64,000 bases of DNA, taken from the human T2T-CHM13v2.0 reference genome, Homo sapiens. The DNA lies in NCBI RefSeq assembly GCF_009914755.1, contig NC_060927.1, one strand, 5' to 3'. The notes beneath the pieces were generated by a model. The model worked only from the letters and a program-made list of their open reading frames with translations. It was not told where the DNA came from and ran no database searches. A program made the translations under genes and the position numbers. Shown piece by piece: positions 31,449 through 47,182 of the stretch. Each line of letters starts with the position of its first letter. The first letter of the stretch is position 1.

Positions 31449-31467
31449 GCCTGCCCTCTAGTGGGCA
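31449..31467 (-). promoter_or_regulatory. CTCF motif
   Basis: Minus strand TGCCCACTAGAGGGCAGGC matches the CTCF core CCAC(C/T)AG(A/G)GGGC. Confidence 0.65.
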
Positions 31468-31866
31468 ACGAAAAGAATTTAAAGTATGACGAAAGACGAG
31501 CCTCCAGGGAATTAAGATGACTTTTTAACTTTGCTACATTTCCCCTAACTGACTAGCAGATTGAGTTTTTGCCAACACTGCTCAAACAGAACCTGCAGAC
31601 CATGTCTACAAGAAGTTGAACTTTTTCTTGATAAAAACAATGACTGGTGGGAGAAAAAAGAGGTGACATCAGAAAACGGGGAAATCACTGGGTTTGGAAT
31701 GAGCTGTGCATGGCACTGAAGAGTCATGTGACTAGATCTCACCAATCATCAGCTATCTCATATGTCAAACTGGGATAATAGTACCCATTATCATACCAGT
31801 GCGGTGAGAATCGAGGACATCTGGAACATATTATTTGTGTTAATTGTGCTTCATCAAGCCATGTGA

Positions 31867-32181
<315 letters not shown>

Positions 32182-32194
32182 TGAAAACAAAGGC

Positions 32195-32486
<292 letters not shown>

Positions 32487-33829
32487 TCATGTTTCTTGCT
32501 TAAATCTTAATTCAATCTGATTCCACAAATAGGTTTACTCTGATACAATTATCAGCAGTACAATTGAAATCTAAAGAAAGAAAAAATGACTTTCCTTCAG
32601 GTGTCTGCAATGTAAATGAAAATTAAAGCCTGGATATATGATTGTCTTTTCTCACTTAGTTTGCAATGAAATCAGCCCACCAAAATATAAACTTTTACCT
32701 AGCACTCTTTTCAAAAAACTTTTAACACACACATTTTAAAAAATTCTCTCACCTCCTACTTAACCTGAAATCTTGCTTAGAAACAAAGCTAAACTTGGAG
32801 TGATAATGGCTTTTCTTTAGCTACAATTCCTAAGGTTAAAAAAAAAAAACAAAATTAAAAACTACTGATGTATGCTATTTAAAAAAATAAAAAGCAGCCA
32901 TCCTCCCATCTGCCTGCAAACCCCAATGTAAAAAAATAAATAAATAAAAATAAAAAATAAAATACTTTTCTAAACTCTGAAAGAAGATCTAAACTCCGAC
33001 ACTCTGGCCTCAGGACCCAATGTTAAAAAATAAATCTTAGAATTCAATCTTCTGTGACTTTTTTTTTTCTCAAGATTATCTAAATTTGGCTTATTATGAA
33101 GACAAGGACAACCATTCAATACTTATTTATTCCCCAATTAATTCACTCAGACATGCCAAAGCTCTGTACACATGATAATGTCTGACATTTCTTGCTTTCT
33201 ATGGTATAACAGGAAACTTGACATCTCAACAAAAAAGATAAAATGAGGACATATATCATAAGACTATTGAATTCTTCAGGAAGGCAATATTATTTTAAGA
33301 TTATGCTTCAAAGAATTATAAGCAAAATGAAGAGGCACCATTTCAAAAGCACTGATAGTAAATTAAACTTAAAGGAATAATATTCTGAACACTTATAATA
33401 ATGTAACTCAAAAACCAATCTGTTCTCACAGAAATCTCCAGGACGTCTAAGATAATTTTAAGAGGTGCAGTGAGCAGTATTCTAATGATAGTAGATGCTG
33501 TACTAATTTTAACAGAGTAGGCAATTGTTTTGACTCACTCTGTTTTTCAAATACATGTAAAATTCTTGTTGCTCAAGCTATCAATATTTTACAACAGAAA
33601 AAATCTAAGTTGTAATAAATATAGTAAAAGCTAAAATTGTAACAAAACTATCATGCAAGATAAGTTCAGATATATAATAAAGGCAACTTGTATTCAATTG
33701 GTGAAAAATTACTGCCTGAAATGTTAGGACCAGAACACCTGTCTGTAAACCCCATTATAAAAAATCAGATGAAGATAACATGGGTGTTCACGTTCATATA
33801 CCTTCTTTTGGCTTTTCGTAGACTTCAGA

Positions 33830-34145
33830 ATTTTTTTTTTTTTTTTTTTTTTGAGACAATGTCTCGCTCTGTCGCCCAGGCTAGAGTGCAGTGGTGAGAT
33901 CTCGGCTCACTGCAAACTCCACCTGAGGCAAGAGAATTGAGGTTCAAGTGATTCTCCTGCCTCATCCTCCCGAGTAGCTGGGTTTACAGGCAGTGCCACC
34001 AAGCCCAGCTAATTTTTGTATTTTTAGTAGAGGCAGGGTTTCACCATGTTGGCCATGCTGGTCTTGAACTCCTGACCTCAGGTGATCTGCCCGCCTTGGC
34101 CTCCCAAAGAGTTGGGATTATAGGCGTGAGTCACTGTGCCCGGCC
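33830..34145 (-). mobile_element. AluS with internal inverted insertion
   Basis: Full dimer; 17 extra nt at 33924-33940. Confidence 0.9.
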
Positions 34146-34578
34146 CAAGAATTATTTAAAATTATAATTGGGGGTGGTTGTTAAAGCCAGGAATATGGAA
34201 AGTATGTCTGCCTTCACCATTCTTTTCAGCATTATTCTAGAGGTCCTTAGTCAGTATAAGAAAATGTGAAAAGGGATTAGAAAGAAAGAAACTGTTATTT
34301 GCCAATGGTATTACTGGTTACATAAAAAACTAAAAACAATTTACAGAGAAATGTTAAGAAAAAGATAATATAGCAATATGGCTGGATATAAGATAAATTG
34401 CATTTTTGTACACCAGTAACAGTTTTAAAATGCAATTTAAATACATATAAGATTTAAAAAAGCAAGAACAAATAAGATAATTATGAATAAATTTAATAAG
34501 AGGTGCATAGGATATTTATGAAGAACATTTACAAACTTATGGAAAGAAGTTTTAAAAGATTTATAATTTTAAAAATGC

Positions 34579-34906
<328 letters not shown>

Positions 34907-35155
34907 ACATTAAGGGCTTGAAAGATCTAACATCATGAAAAAGTCAATTCTTCCCAATTTATCTGTAGACTCAATGCAATCTCAATAAAAAAATATATTC
35001 AGAGCTTTTTAAGGAAATCAGCAAGATGACTCCAAAATTTATACGAAGAGAAAAGGGCCAAGAATAGCTAAGACACTATCAAAGCAGAAAAGAGTGGGAG
35101 AGAGGATGACTAGTCCTATCTGATATGAAAACTTATTAAAAAGTTATAGTAATTA

Positions 35156-35535
<380 letters not shown>

Positions 35536-35564
35536 TTAAAGGTCAGAGGGAAGAATTTTATCCC

Positions 35565-36030
35565 TGTATTCTCCAAGAAAGTCTGCAATAACATTTCCCA
35601 TCCTACATGCTCTTCCAAAATCTTGACTGTCTTTTGAACCTGCATGGGTCCTTGAGACTGCCACAACCAACAGATGCAGTGACACTGTGGAACTTCCAAG
35701 GGAAGATGATAAAGATCAACATAGCTTCTGTCTAGAACACACGCTCTATCTCTTGAGATGCTCACCAGTGAAATCTAATTACCATGAGAAGCCACTTGCA
35801 GAGAAAGTGAAGCCCCTAGCCCTTGGCCCTGGCTAAGCTCTCAGCTGACAGCCAGCACTAACACTTTAGCCATATTAGTGAGCTGTCTTGGAAGCAAATC
35901 TTCTAAACTTCAGTTGATCTTACTTAGGTAAAGCCACATGGAGCAGAGGTGAGCTTTCCCCCACACAACCATGCTCAAAGTTCTGTATTATGAGCAAAAT
36001 AAGTGATAAGGATAAAACACACTTAAGCCA
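35565..36030 (+). mobile_element. MLT1G/H-like MaLR LTR
   Basis: CAGCTGACAGCCAGCAC, GCCACATGGAGCAGAG, ATGAGCAAAATAA motifs. Confidence 0.65.
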
Positions 36031-36055
36031 ACAAAAGTGTGAAAATGGTAAAAGG

Positions 36056-36479
<424 letters not shown>

Positions 36480-36754
36480 TTAGTTTTTGTTAAAAAACTA
36501 AGTGCAGCAATTTTTAAAATAGAAAAAATATTGAAAACAAAGTGACAAGGAAAGAGTAAAATCGAAGATAAAGATATTCTAGGCAAAAATAAAAAAAGTA
36601 AGAAGAAACCAAAAGTGACAATATCAATATCAGATAAAAGTGAATTCAATATCAGATGCATTAAACAAAGCAAGAAGCATATTTGTAAAAATAAAAATAC
36701 AATCCAAGACAAAATCTAACAACTATAAGCCTTTATGCACTGAATAATATGATT

Positions 36755-37090
36755 CCATTAGTTAGGATAACCTAGGTGATGCTGTAGAATAACAAATAAT
36801 CATAAAAACTTCAGTGGACTAGCACAGTATGTTTATTATTCAAACAATGTCTGTTGCAAGTCTGGGAAACTTTATAAGGCAGCTATCCCCCATGTGATAC
36901 TTCTTTATCAACACATATTTTCATGATTACCATTAGGGAGAAAAGTACAGTAGCAATCAAACAATCCAGAAACATATTGGTCATAACAAGGCACATTGCC
37001 ATGCCAAACCTCAACGTGGGAGTTAGCAAAAAGTACTGCTTTCTCATGTGCTTGAAAGGATCAGAGATGTTGGTGTGAAGCACTAACATT
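36755..37090 (-). mobile_element. Old MLT1-type LTR fragment
   Basis: TTAGTTAGGATAA..GATGCTG..AACAAA..TTCAGTGG. Confidence 0.5.
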
Positions 37091-37378
37091 TAGTGAAATA
37101 CATTAAGGAAAGATCTCTGAAAATACAAGGCAAACTTAACTAAAACACCACAATTTTAGAAATTTTGAAAGTACATTTTTAAAGAATTTGGACAATCATG
37201 TAAACAGAAAATAATGAAGGACAGAAGGAATTCAAATAACATAAATAGCAAATTTGATTTAATATCCCTATATACAATTTGTAATCCAGAGAGACTGTTT
37301 ACTCTTCTCTACATTTATGGATTAATTTTTTATGTACTTACACACCAATAAAATTTTATTTTAAAAAGTAACTATTTT

Positions 37379-37663
37379 CCCCGGGCGCGGTGGCTCACAC
37401 CTGTAATCCCAACACTTTGGGAGGCTGAGGCAGGACAATTGCTTGAACTCAGGAGCTTGAGACCATACTGGACAATATAGTGAGAACCTCATCTCTAAAA
37501 AATAAAAAAATTAGTTGGGCTGCACACCTGTATTCCCAGCTACTCAAGAGGCTGAGGTAGGAGAATCACCTGAGCCTGAGATTGAGGCTGCAGTAAGCTA
37601 TGATTGCACCACTGTGCTTCAACCTGAGTGACAGAATGAGACCCTGTCTCAAAAAGAAAAAAA
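37379..37663 (+). mobile_element. AluJ
   Basis: TSD AAAAAGTAACTATTTT. Confidence 0.88.
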
Positions 37664-40600
37664 GTAACTATTTTCAAACAACATTCTCTGATAATTCAAT
37701 AAAATAAGAAATTAAAAATTCCTCCTGAAACTGACTTTACAAATTAAGAAACATTCATATAAATTTATAGAACTTAAGAAGAAGACAAAATACTAAATTT
37801 TGACAATGAGTAAAAGATTTAACTAGATACTTCCCGAAGGAAAATATATAGAGAGGAGGTGGAGAAAGATGGTAGAATAGAAAGGTCCACCGATTGCCCC
37901 CCAAGCAAGGACACCAAGTTAACAACTATCTACATAGAAAAAACACTTTCATAAGAACGAAAATCAGGTGAGCACTCATAGTACCTGGTTTTAACTTCAT
38001 ATCACTGAAAGAGGCAATGAAGAAATAGAAAAAGCAGTCCTGAATCACCAATGCCACCCCTCCCCTACCTAACTCTGGCAGCTGCAGTGGGGTATGGAGA
38101 GCACCTCTGGGCACTGGGTGAGGGAGAAAGCAGCAGCTGTGAGGTATTGAACTCAGTGCTGTCCTGTTAGAGCAGAAAGGAAAACCGGACCAAACTCAGC
38201 TGACACCCACCCACAGAGGGAGCATTTCAACCAGCCCTAGCCAGAGGGGAATCACAGATCTCAGAAGTGGGAACTTGAGTTCCCACAAACCTCACCACGG
38301 AGGGCCAAAGTACTCTTGGCCTCTAAGTAAGCTAGAAAGGCTGTCTAGGTCCTAAGTACTGCAACTCTTAGGCAAGTTCTAGGGTGGAAGTAGGTCCAGA
38401 GACAGCGGACTGCGGGTGGAGGGCACGTGATGTACTGAGACACCAGCTGGGGCAGCCCAGGAAGTGCTGGCATCATCCCTTCCCAGGGTACACAGTTAGT
38501 GTCTCCAAAAGAAACCCCTTCCTTCTGCTTGAGGAGAGGAGAGGAAAGATTGGGGAGGACTTCGTCTTCCATCTTGGATACCAGCTCAGCCATAGCAGCA
38601 CGGGGAACCAGTCAGAGTCATGAGGCCCCTGTTCCAGGCCCTAGCTCCCAGATGACATTTCTAGACACACCTTGGGTTAGAAGGGAACCGGCTGCCTTGA
38701 AAGAAAGGATCCAGTCCTGGCATCATCCAGCTAACTAAACAGCCCTACATCAAGGGCCTTGGGTGAGCCTCTGAGACTTGCTGGCTTCAGGTGAGACTCA
38801 GCACATAACCAGCTGTGGTGGCTTCAGAGCAAAACTCCTTCTGCTTGAGAAAAGCAGAGGGAAAAGTAAAGAGGGCCTTGTCTTGCACCATAGGTACCAA
38901 CATTGCCACAGGAGAGTAGAGCACCAAGAGGGCTTTGGGGTACCCTAATTATAGGGCTTGACTCATGGACAACATTTCTGGACCTGCCTGGTGCCAGAGA
39001 GGAGCCCATTGCCCTAAGGGTGAGTCCCAGGCCACCGCAAGCTGACTTTAGAGACCTTGGGCCTTAACGGAACATTGGTGGTAATCTGGCAGTACTTCTT
39101 GTAGCCAGGGTGGCAATGGCTATTGGTTGAGGCTCCTTTGCCTTTGGAAAAGGGAGAGAAGAGTGGGAAGGACTGCATCTTGTGGTTTTGGTTCCAGCTC
39201 AGCCATAATACAGTAAAACATCAGGTAAAGGATGGCACTTCTAGACCCACCCAGGGTTTGGGGGACCTCTCCACCCTGAGGGGAAGGACAGAGGCCTAGC
39301 TGGCTTTGGCACCTGTGGATGGTAGAGCCCCAGGACCTTGGTCAAACATAGGCAATATCCAGGGAGTGGTTACAGCAGGCCTTGGGTGAGACCCAGTGCT
39401 ACACTGGCTTCAGGTCTGGCCCAGCACAACCATAGTGGTGGTGGCCACAGGAGTGGTTGTGTCACTTCATTCCCAGCTTTAGGTGACTCAGAACAGAAAG
39501 AGACTGTATGTTTGGGAGAAAGTAAGGGAGGAGAACAAGAGTCTCTGCCTGGTAGTCCAGAGAATTCTTCTGGATCTTGTCCAAGACCATCAAGGTGTTG
39601 GTGGTCCACAAGTCTGCAAGAAACACAGTGTTACTGGGCTTGGAGTGCCCCTTAAAGCAGAAACAGCTTAGATCACAGCACCCAAGTCCTTTCAAATATC
39701 TGGAAAGCCTTCTCCAGAACGACAGCTACAAGTAAGCCCAGACAATGAAGACTACGATAAATACCTCTCGTCAATGCTCAGAGACCGAAGAACATCTACT
39801 AGTATCAACACCATCCAGGAGAACATGACCTCACTAAATGAACTAAATAGGGAACCAGGGACCAATCCTGGAGAATCAAAGGTATGTAACCTTTTAGACA
39901 GAGAATTCTAAATAGCTGCATTGAGGAAACTCAAAGAAATTCAAGATAACACAGAGAAGGAATTCAGAATTCTATCAGATAAATTTAACAAAGAGATTGT
40001 AGTAATTAAAAAGAATAAAGCAGAAATTATGGAACTGAAAAATGCAATTGGAATACTGAAAAATGCATCGGAGTCCTTTAATAGCAGAATGAATTAAGCA
40101 GAAGAAAGAATTAGTGAGCTTGAAAGGAGGCTATTTGAAAACACGCAACCAGGGGAGACAAAAGAAAAAAGAATAAAAAACAATGAATTTAATCCAAAGA
40201 AGACTACCTCAAGGCATTTAATAATCAAACTCCCAAAAGTCAAGGATAAAGAAAGGATCCTGGAAGTAGCAAGAGAAAAGAAACAAATAACATACCACGG
40301 AGCTCCAATATGTATGACAACAGACTTTTCAGTGGAAACCTCACAAGCCAGAAGAGAGTGGCGTGACATATTTAAAATGCTGAAGGAAAAAAATTTTTAC
40401 CCTAGAATTATTTATCTGGTGAAAATATTATTCAAACATGAAGGAGAAATAAAGACTTCCCCAGACAAACAAAAGCTGGGGGATTTCATCAATACCAGAC
40501 CTGTCCTACAAGAAATGCTAAAGGGAGTACTTCATTCAGAAAGAATGAAGTATTAATGAACAATAAACAATCACCTGAAGGTACAAAACTTACTAGTAAT

Positions 40601-43600
40601 AGTAAGTACACAGAAAAGCACAGAATATTATAACACTGTAACTGCGGTGTGTAAACTACTCTTATTCTAAGTAGAAAAACTAAATGATTGAACCAATCAA
40701 AAATAACAAAAACAACATTTCAAGACATAGTATAATAAGATATAAATAGAAACAAAAAAAGTGGGGTAACAAAGTTAAGGTGATTTTTTATTGGTTTTCT
40801 TTTTGCTAGTTTGTTTGTTTTTGCAAATAGTGTTGTTATCAGGTTAAAATAATGGGTTACAAAATAGTATTTGCAAGCCTCATGGTAATCTCAAACCAAA
40901 AAACATACAATGGATACACAAAAAATAAAAAGCAAGAAACTAAATCATATCACCTGAGAAAATTATCTTCACTGGAAGAAGACAGGACTGTAAGAAAGAA
41001 GGAAGAAAAGACTACGGAACAATCAGAAAACAATTAATAAAATGGCAGGAGTAAGTTCTAACTTATCAATAATAACATTGAATGTAAACGGACTAAACTC
41101 TCCAATCAAAAGACATAGACTGGCTGAATGGATTAAAAAAACAAGACCCATTGATCTGTTGCCTACAAGAAACACACATCACCCATAAAGACACACATAG
41201 ACTGAAAACAAAGGAATGGAAAAAGATATTCCATGCCAACAGAAACCAAAAAAGAGTAGGAATCACTATATCAGACAAAATAGATTTCAAGAGGAAACCT
41301 ATGAGAAGAGACAAGGTCACTACAGAGTGATAAAGGGGACAATTCAGCAAGAGGATATAACAATTTTAAATATATATGCACCCAACACAGGAGCACCCAG
41401 ATATATAAAGGAAATATTATTACAGCTAAAGAGAGAGATGGGCTTCAATACAATAATAGCTGGAGAATTCAACACCCTACTTTCATCATTGGACAGATCT
41501 TCCAGACAGGAAATCAATGAAGAAATCTCAGGCTTAATGTACACTGTAGACCAAATGGATCTAATAGATATTTACGGAGCATTTCATCCAAGAGCTGCAG
41601 AATACACATTCTCTTCTTTAGCACCTGGATTATTCTCAAGGATAGACCATATGTTAGGTTATAAAACAAGAGTTAAAACATGTAAAAAATTGAAATAATA
41701 TCAAGCATCTTCTCTGACCATAATGCAATAAAACTAGAAATTAAGAGGAATTTAGGAAACTATGCAAATACATCGAAATTAAATAATATGCTCATGAATG
41801 ACCAGTGGGTCAATGGAAAAATTAAGAAGAAAATTGAAAAATTTCTGGAAACAAATGATAATGGAAACACAACCTATCAAAACCTATGGGCTATAGCAAA
41901 AACAGTACTAAGAGGGAAGTTTATAGCTGTAAGTGCCTACATCAACAAAGAGGAAAAACTTCAAATAATTTAATCTAAAGCAAATCCCAAATCAGTAGAA
42001 GAAAAGAAATAACAAAGATCAGAGCAGAAATAAATGAAATTGAAATTTTAAAAATACAAAAGATCAATGAAACAAAAAGGTGATTTTTTGAAAAGTTAAA
42101 CAAAATTGACAAATTGGCCTTTAGCCAAACTAAGAAAAAAACAGAGAAGATTTAAATAAATAAAACCAGAAATTAAAAAGGAGACATTACAGTTGATACT
42201 GCAGAAATTCAAAGGGTCATTAGTAGTTATTATGAGCAACTGTATGCCAATAAATTGGAAAATTTAGAAAAAATGGATACATTCCTAGATACATACAACC
42301 TACAAAGATTGAATCAGAAAGAAATCCAAAACCTGAACAGACCAATAACAAGTAATGAGATCAAAGCTGTCATAAAAAGTCTCCCACTAAAGAAAAGCCC
42401 AGGACCTGATGGCTTCACTGCTGAATTCTACCAAACATTTAAATAACTAATATCAATCCTACTGAAACTATTCTGAAAAATAGAGAGGAAGGGAACACTT
42501 CCAAACTCATTATAGAAGGCCAATATTACCCTGATACCAAAACCAGATAAAGACACATAATAAAAAACCGCAAAAAACAAGCAAAAAAACCCCCACAGCC
42601 CAATATCTTTGATGAATATTGATGCAAACATCCTCAACAGAATACTAGCAAACTGAATTCAACAATATATTAGAAAGATCTTCATTATGTCCCAGGATTT
42701 ATCCCTGGGATGCAAAGATGGTTCAACCTACTCAAATCAATCAATGTGATACGTCATATTAACAAAATGAAGGATAAAAAACATATAACCATTTTAATTG
42801 ATGCTGAAAAAGCATCTGATAAAATTCAACATCCCTTCATGATAAAAACCTTAAAAAATCCGGGGATAGAGGGAACATACCTCAAGATAATAAAAGTCAT
42901 ATATGACAGATGCACAGCTAGTATCATACTAAATGGGGAAAACCTGAAAGCCTTTCCTCTAAGACCTGCAACATGGCAAGGACACACAATGTCACCAGTG
43001 TTATTCAACATAGTATTGGAAGTCCTAGCTAGAGCAATCAGACAAGAGAAAGATATAAAGAGCATCCAAGTTGGAAAGAAACAAGTCAAATTATTCTTGT
43101 TTGCAGATGATATGATCTTATATTTGGAAAAACCTAAAGACTCCACAAGAAATCTATTAGAGCTGATCAACAAATTCAGTTAAGTTGCTGGATATGAAAT
43201 CAACATACAAAACCAGTAGCATTTCTATATGCCAACAGCAAACAATATGAAAAAGAAATTAAAAAGTAATCCCATTTACGATAGCCACACATAAAATTAA
43301 ATACCTAGAAATTAATCTCACCAAAAGACTGAAAGATCTCTATAATGAAAACTATAAAACACTGATGAAAGAAATGGAAGAGGACCCCCAAAAATGAAAA
43401 AATATTCCATGTTTATGGATTGAAAGAATCAATATTGTTAAAATGTCCATACTATTCAAAGCAATCTGCAAATTTAATGCAATCCCTATCAAAATGCCAA
43501 TGATATTCTTCATAGAAATAGAGAAAAAAATTCTAAACTTTATATGGAACCACAAAAGATCCAGACTTGCCAAAGCTATCCTAAGCCAAAAGAACAAAAC

Positions 43601-43856
43601 TAGAGAAATCACATTACCTGATTTCAAATTATACTGCTACTGGCATAAAAAACAGACACATAGACTAATGGAACAGAATAGAGAACCCAGAAACAAATCC
43701 ACATACCTACAGTGAACTCATTTTCAACAAAGGTTCAAGAACATACACTGGGGAAAAGACAGTCTCTACAATAAATGGTGCTGGAACACTGGATATCCAT
43801 ATGCAGAAGAATGAAACTAGACCCCTATCTCTTGGCATACACAAAAATCAAATCAA

Positions 43857-44159
43857 GGTCGGGCACGGTGGCTCACTCCTGTAATCCTAGCACTTTGGGG
43901 GGCCAAGAGGGGTGGATCACCTGAGGTCAGGAGTTTGAGACCAGCCTGGACAACATGGTGAAACCCTGTCTCTACTAAAAATACAACAATTAGCTGGGTG
44001 TGGTGGCCCGCACCTGTAATCCCAGCTACTCAGGAGGCTGCGACAGGGAATCACTTGAAGCCAGAAGGCAGAGGTTGCAGTGAGCTGGAGATCATGCCAC
44101 TGCACTCCAGCCTGGGTGACAGAGCAAGACTCTGTCACAAAAAAAAAAAAAAAAAAAAA
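43857..44159 (+). mobile_element. AluS inside L1 ORF2
   Basis: TSD AAAAATCAAATCAA. Confidence 0.92.
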
Positions 44160-44574
44160 TCAAATCAAAATGGATTAAAGACTTAAATGTAAGACCTCAA
44201 GCCATGAAACTACTACAAGAAAACACAAGGAAAAATCTCTAGGACATAGATCTGGGCAAAAAGTTTTTCAGCAGCACCCCATAAGCACGGGCACCCTAAG
44301 CAAAAATGAACAAATGAGATCACATCAAGTTAAAAAACTTCTATAAAGCAAATTATACAATCAATAAAGTGAAGAGACAACCCACAGAATGGGAGAAAAT
44401 ATTTGCAAGCTACCTGTCTGACAAGGGATTAACAACCAGAATATACAAAGAGCTCAAACAACTGTATAGAAAAAAATCTAATACTCTGATCAAAAGATGG
44501 GCAAAATATTTGAATAGACAGTTCTCAAAAGAAGACACACAAATGGCAAACAGGCTTATAAAAAGGTACTCAAT

Positions 44575-44870
44575 GGTCAGGTGCAGTGCCTCACACCTGT
44601 AATTTCAGCACTTTGGGAGGCCAAGGCAGGCGGATCACCTTATGTCAGGAGTTTGAGACCAGCCTGGCCAACATGGTGAAACCCCATCCCTACTAAAAAC
44701 TCATAAATTAGTCAGGCATGGTGGTGCACATCTGCAATGCCAGCTACTCAGGAGGCTGAAGCAGGAGAATCACTTGAACCTGAGAAGCGGAGTTTGCAGC
44801 AATCAGAAATCATGCCACTGCACTCCAGCCTGGGTGACAGAGAGGGACTTCATCCAAAAAAAAAAAAAAA
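44575..44870 (+). mobile_element. AluS inside L1 ORF2
   Basis: Imperfect TSD AAAAGGTACTCAA / AAAAGTGCTCAA. Confidence 0.92.
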
Positions 44871-45789
44871 GTGCTCAACATTATTGATCATCAGAGAAAT
44901 GCAAATCAAAACTATAATAAGAATAAGAATATAATCTCACCCCAATTAAAATGGCTTATATCCAAAAGCAGGCAATAACAAATGCTGGCAAGGATGTGGA
45001 GAAAAGGGGACCCTTGTATACTCTTGGTGGGAATGTAAATTAGTGCAACCACTATGGAGAACAGTTTGGAGGTTCCTCAAAAAACTCAAAATTGAACTAC
45101 CGTATGATCCAGCAATCCCAGTATATATCCCAAAGAAAGAAAATCAGTATATTGAAGAGATATCTGGACTCCTATGTTTGTTGCAGCAGTGTTTACAAAA
45201 GCTAAGATTTGGAAGCAGCCTAAGTGTTCATCACCAGATGAATAGATAAAGAAAATGTGGTAGATATACAAAATGGAGTACTATTCAGCCATAAAAAAGA
45301 ATGAGATTCAGTCATTTGCACCAACATGGATAGGACTAGAGATGATTGTGTTAAATGCAATAAGCCAGGCACAGAAAGACAAACGTTGCATGTTCTTACT
45401 TATTTGTGGGATCTAAAAATCAAAACAATTAAATTCATGGACACAGAGAGTAGAAGGATGGTTACCAGTGGCTGGGAAGGGTAGTGGGGTGATAGTGGGG
45501 AGGTGGGGATGGTTAATGGGTACAAAAAATTAGAAAGAATGGATAAGACCTACTATTTGATAGCACAACAGGGTAACTATAGTAATTTATAACAACTGTA
45601 CATTTTTAAATAACTTAAAGAGTATAACTGAATTATTTGCAACTCAGTGGATAAATGCTTAAGAGGATGGATACACCATTCTTCATGATGTGCTTATTTC
45701 ACATTGCATGCCTGTATCAGAACTGCTCATGTACCCCATAAACATATACACCTACTATATACCCACAAAAATTAAAAAGAAAATATATA

Positions 45790-46470
45790 AATAGCTGATA
45801 AGTACATGAAAAGATACTTAACATCATTTGTTATCAGGGAAATACAAAATGAGCTACAATGTTATACCACTACACATGCACTCAAATGGCTAGAATTAAA
45901 AAGACTGACCACACCAAGTGTTAGTGAGGATATGAGGCAAGTGGAACTCTCATTCATTATTGGTGAGAATGTAAAAAGTTACAATCACTTTGGAAAACAG
46001 CTTCGTGGTTTCTTGTAAAGTTAAATATACATTTACCACATGACCCAGCGATTCCAATCCTTAGTATTTACCAAAGAGAAATGAGAACATATGGATCTGC
46101 ATAAGAATATTCATAGCAGCTTCATTTGTAACAGCCCCAAACTGGAAACAACCAAAATATCCAAACGAGTGAATGAATATACAAATTGAATATATCCATT
46201 CAATGGAATATTACTCAGCAATAAAAGAAAACAAATTATTAATAGATAGAAAAACATGGATGAATCTGAAAAACTTTAACCATAGCAAAAGATGTCAGAT
46301 TAAAAGAAAAAAAAAAGCAGCTAGATAGAAAAAGGCACACATCTTACATAATTCATTTATATAAAATTTTAGAGAAAATTAATCTAATTTAAGGCAATAA
46401 AATGCAAATCAGTGGTGGCCAGAGGCAGTATGTGGAGATTGGGATTTGACATGAGGAAATATTTTGCACT
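45790..46470 (+). mobile_element. Older L1M 3' end (host of the L1MA element)
   Basis: ORF 45806..46018 resembles the ORF2 C-terminus (MKRYLTSFVIREIQ); continues the sequence at 37800-37850. Confidence 0.8.
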
Positions 46471-47182
46471 GTAACTGAATTAGTTGACTTGCCTATTGGG
46501 AAGTTTAAGTGGAGCCCATGTCTTCTCACTGCTCTAATACTGCCAAGCATGGGCGAGAGACCTATGTGCAGCCAGTTGGACTGCTCTTTCTTCACTTTAA
46601 ATCTTGAAAAAAACTATTACACAGATAGAAGAAAATATTCAATAGTTTCCTATCCTAATGCTAGGCCTGGTTCTTCAGACTTTGTCAATATCCTTCCAAT
46701 AAATTCCCTCTTGTGGTTTAAGAAGACATTGTTTTAGAAATCCTAGCTACAGCAGAAAGAATAGAAAACAAAGTAAGTGTTAATATAGTAGAAATAAAGA
46801 CACAAGATGACTTTTATTTGTTTTTGGCATGATTGACTATTTAAAAATCATAAGAAACTTTGTAGAAAAGATTAATTTGAAACAAATTAATATAATTTAG
46901 ATGACAACCCCTGCCCTTTTTTTCTTTTGAGGTGGAGTAAAAGAAAGTTATAAAATTATTTTAAAATCAAAACTTCTCCCAAGTTTCAGCAAAAGATGAT
47001 TTGGGGGTGGAGTAGGGAAGGAGGATATTAAGATACCATAAAGCTATAGAGGTCAAAACAGTAATTTCATAAATATAATAGGTGGAAACTGGAAGCTACA
47101 GATAAGTAAACCTGGAAGCCACTAGATCAGTAAATTATGGTATGTTTACACAATGAGTGTGAATCATCTACAACTTTATGTG

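Larger units (their letters stand above)
37851..45778 (+). mobile_element. Near full-length L1MA1/L1MA2-type LINE-1 (inactive), with two Alu insertions
   Basis: 5'UTR start GGAGGTGGAGAAAGATGG; ORF1 remnant (DFSVETSQARREWRDIFKMLKEKNFYPRI); ORF2 from ATG 41042 with EN (NIYAPNTGAP) and RT ([10 protein letters not shown]); L1MA2-like 3'UTR; 11-bp TSD GAAAATATATA at 37840 and 45779; many stops, frameshifts and deletions. Confidence 0.92.

Noticed and set aside
40314-45249. L1 ORF1/ORF2 fragments as active coding sequence
   Set aside because: Numerous stops, frameshifts and deletions plus two Alu insertions. The element is dead.
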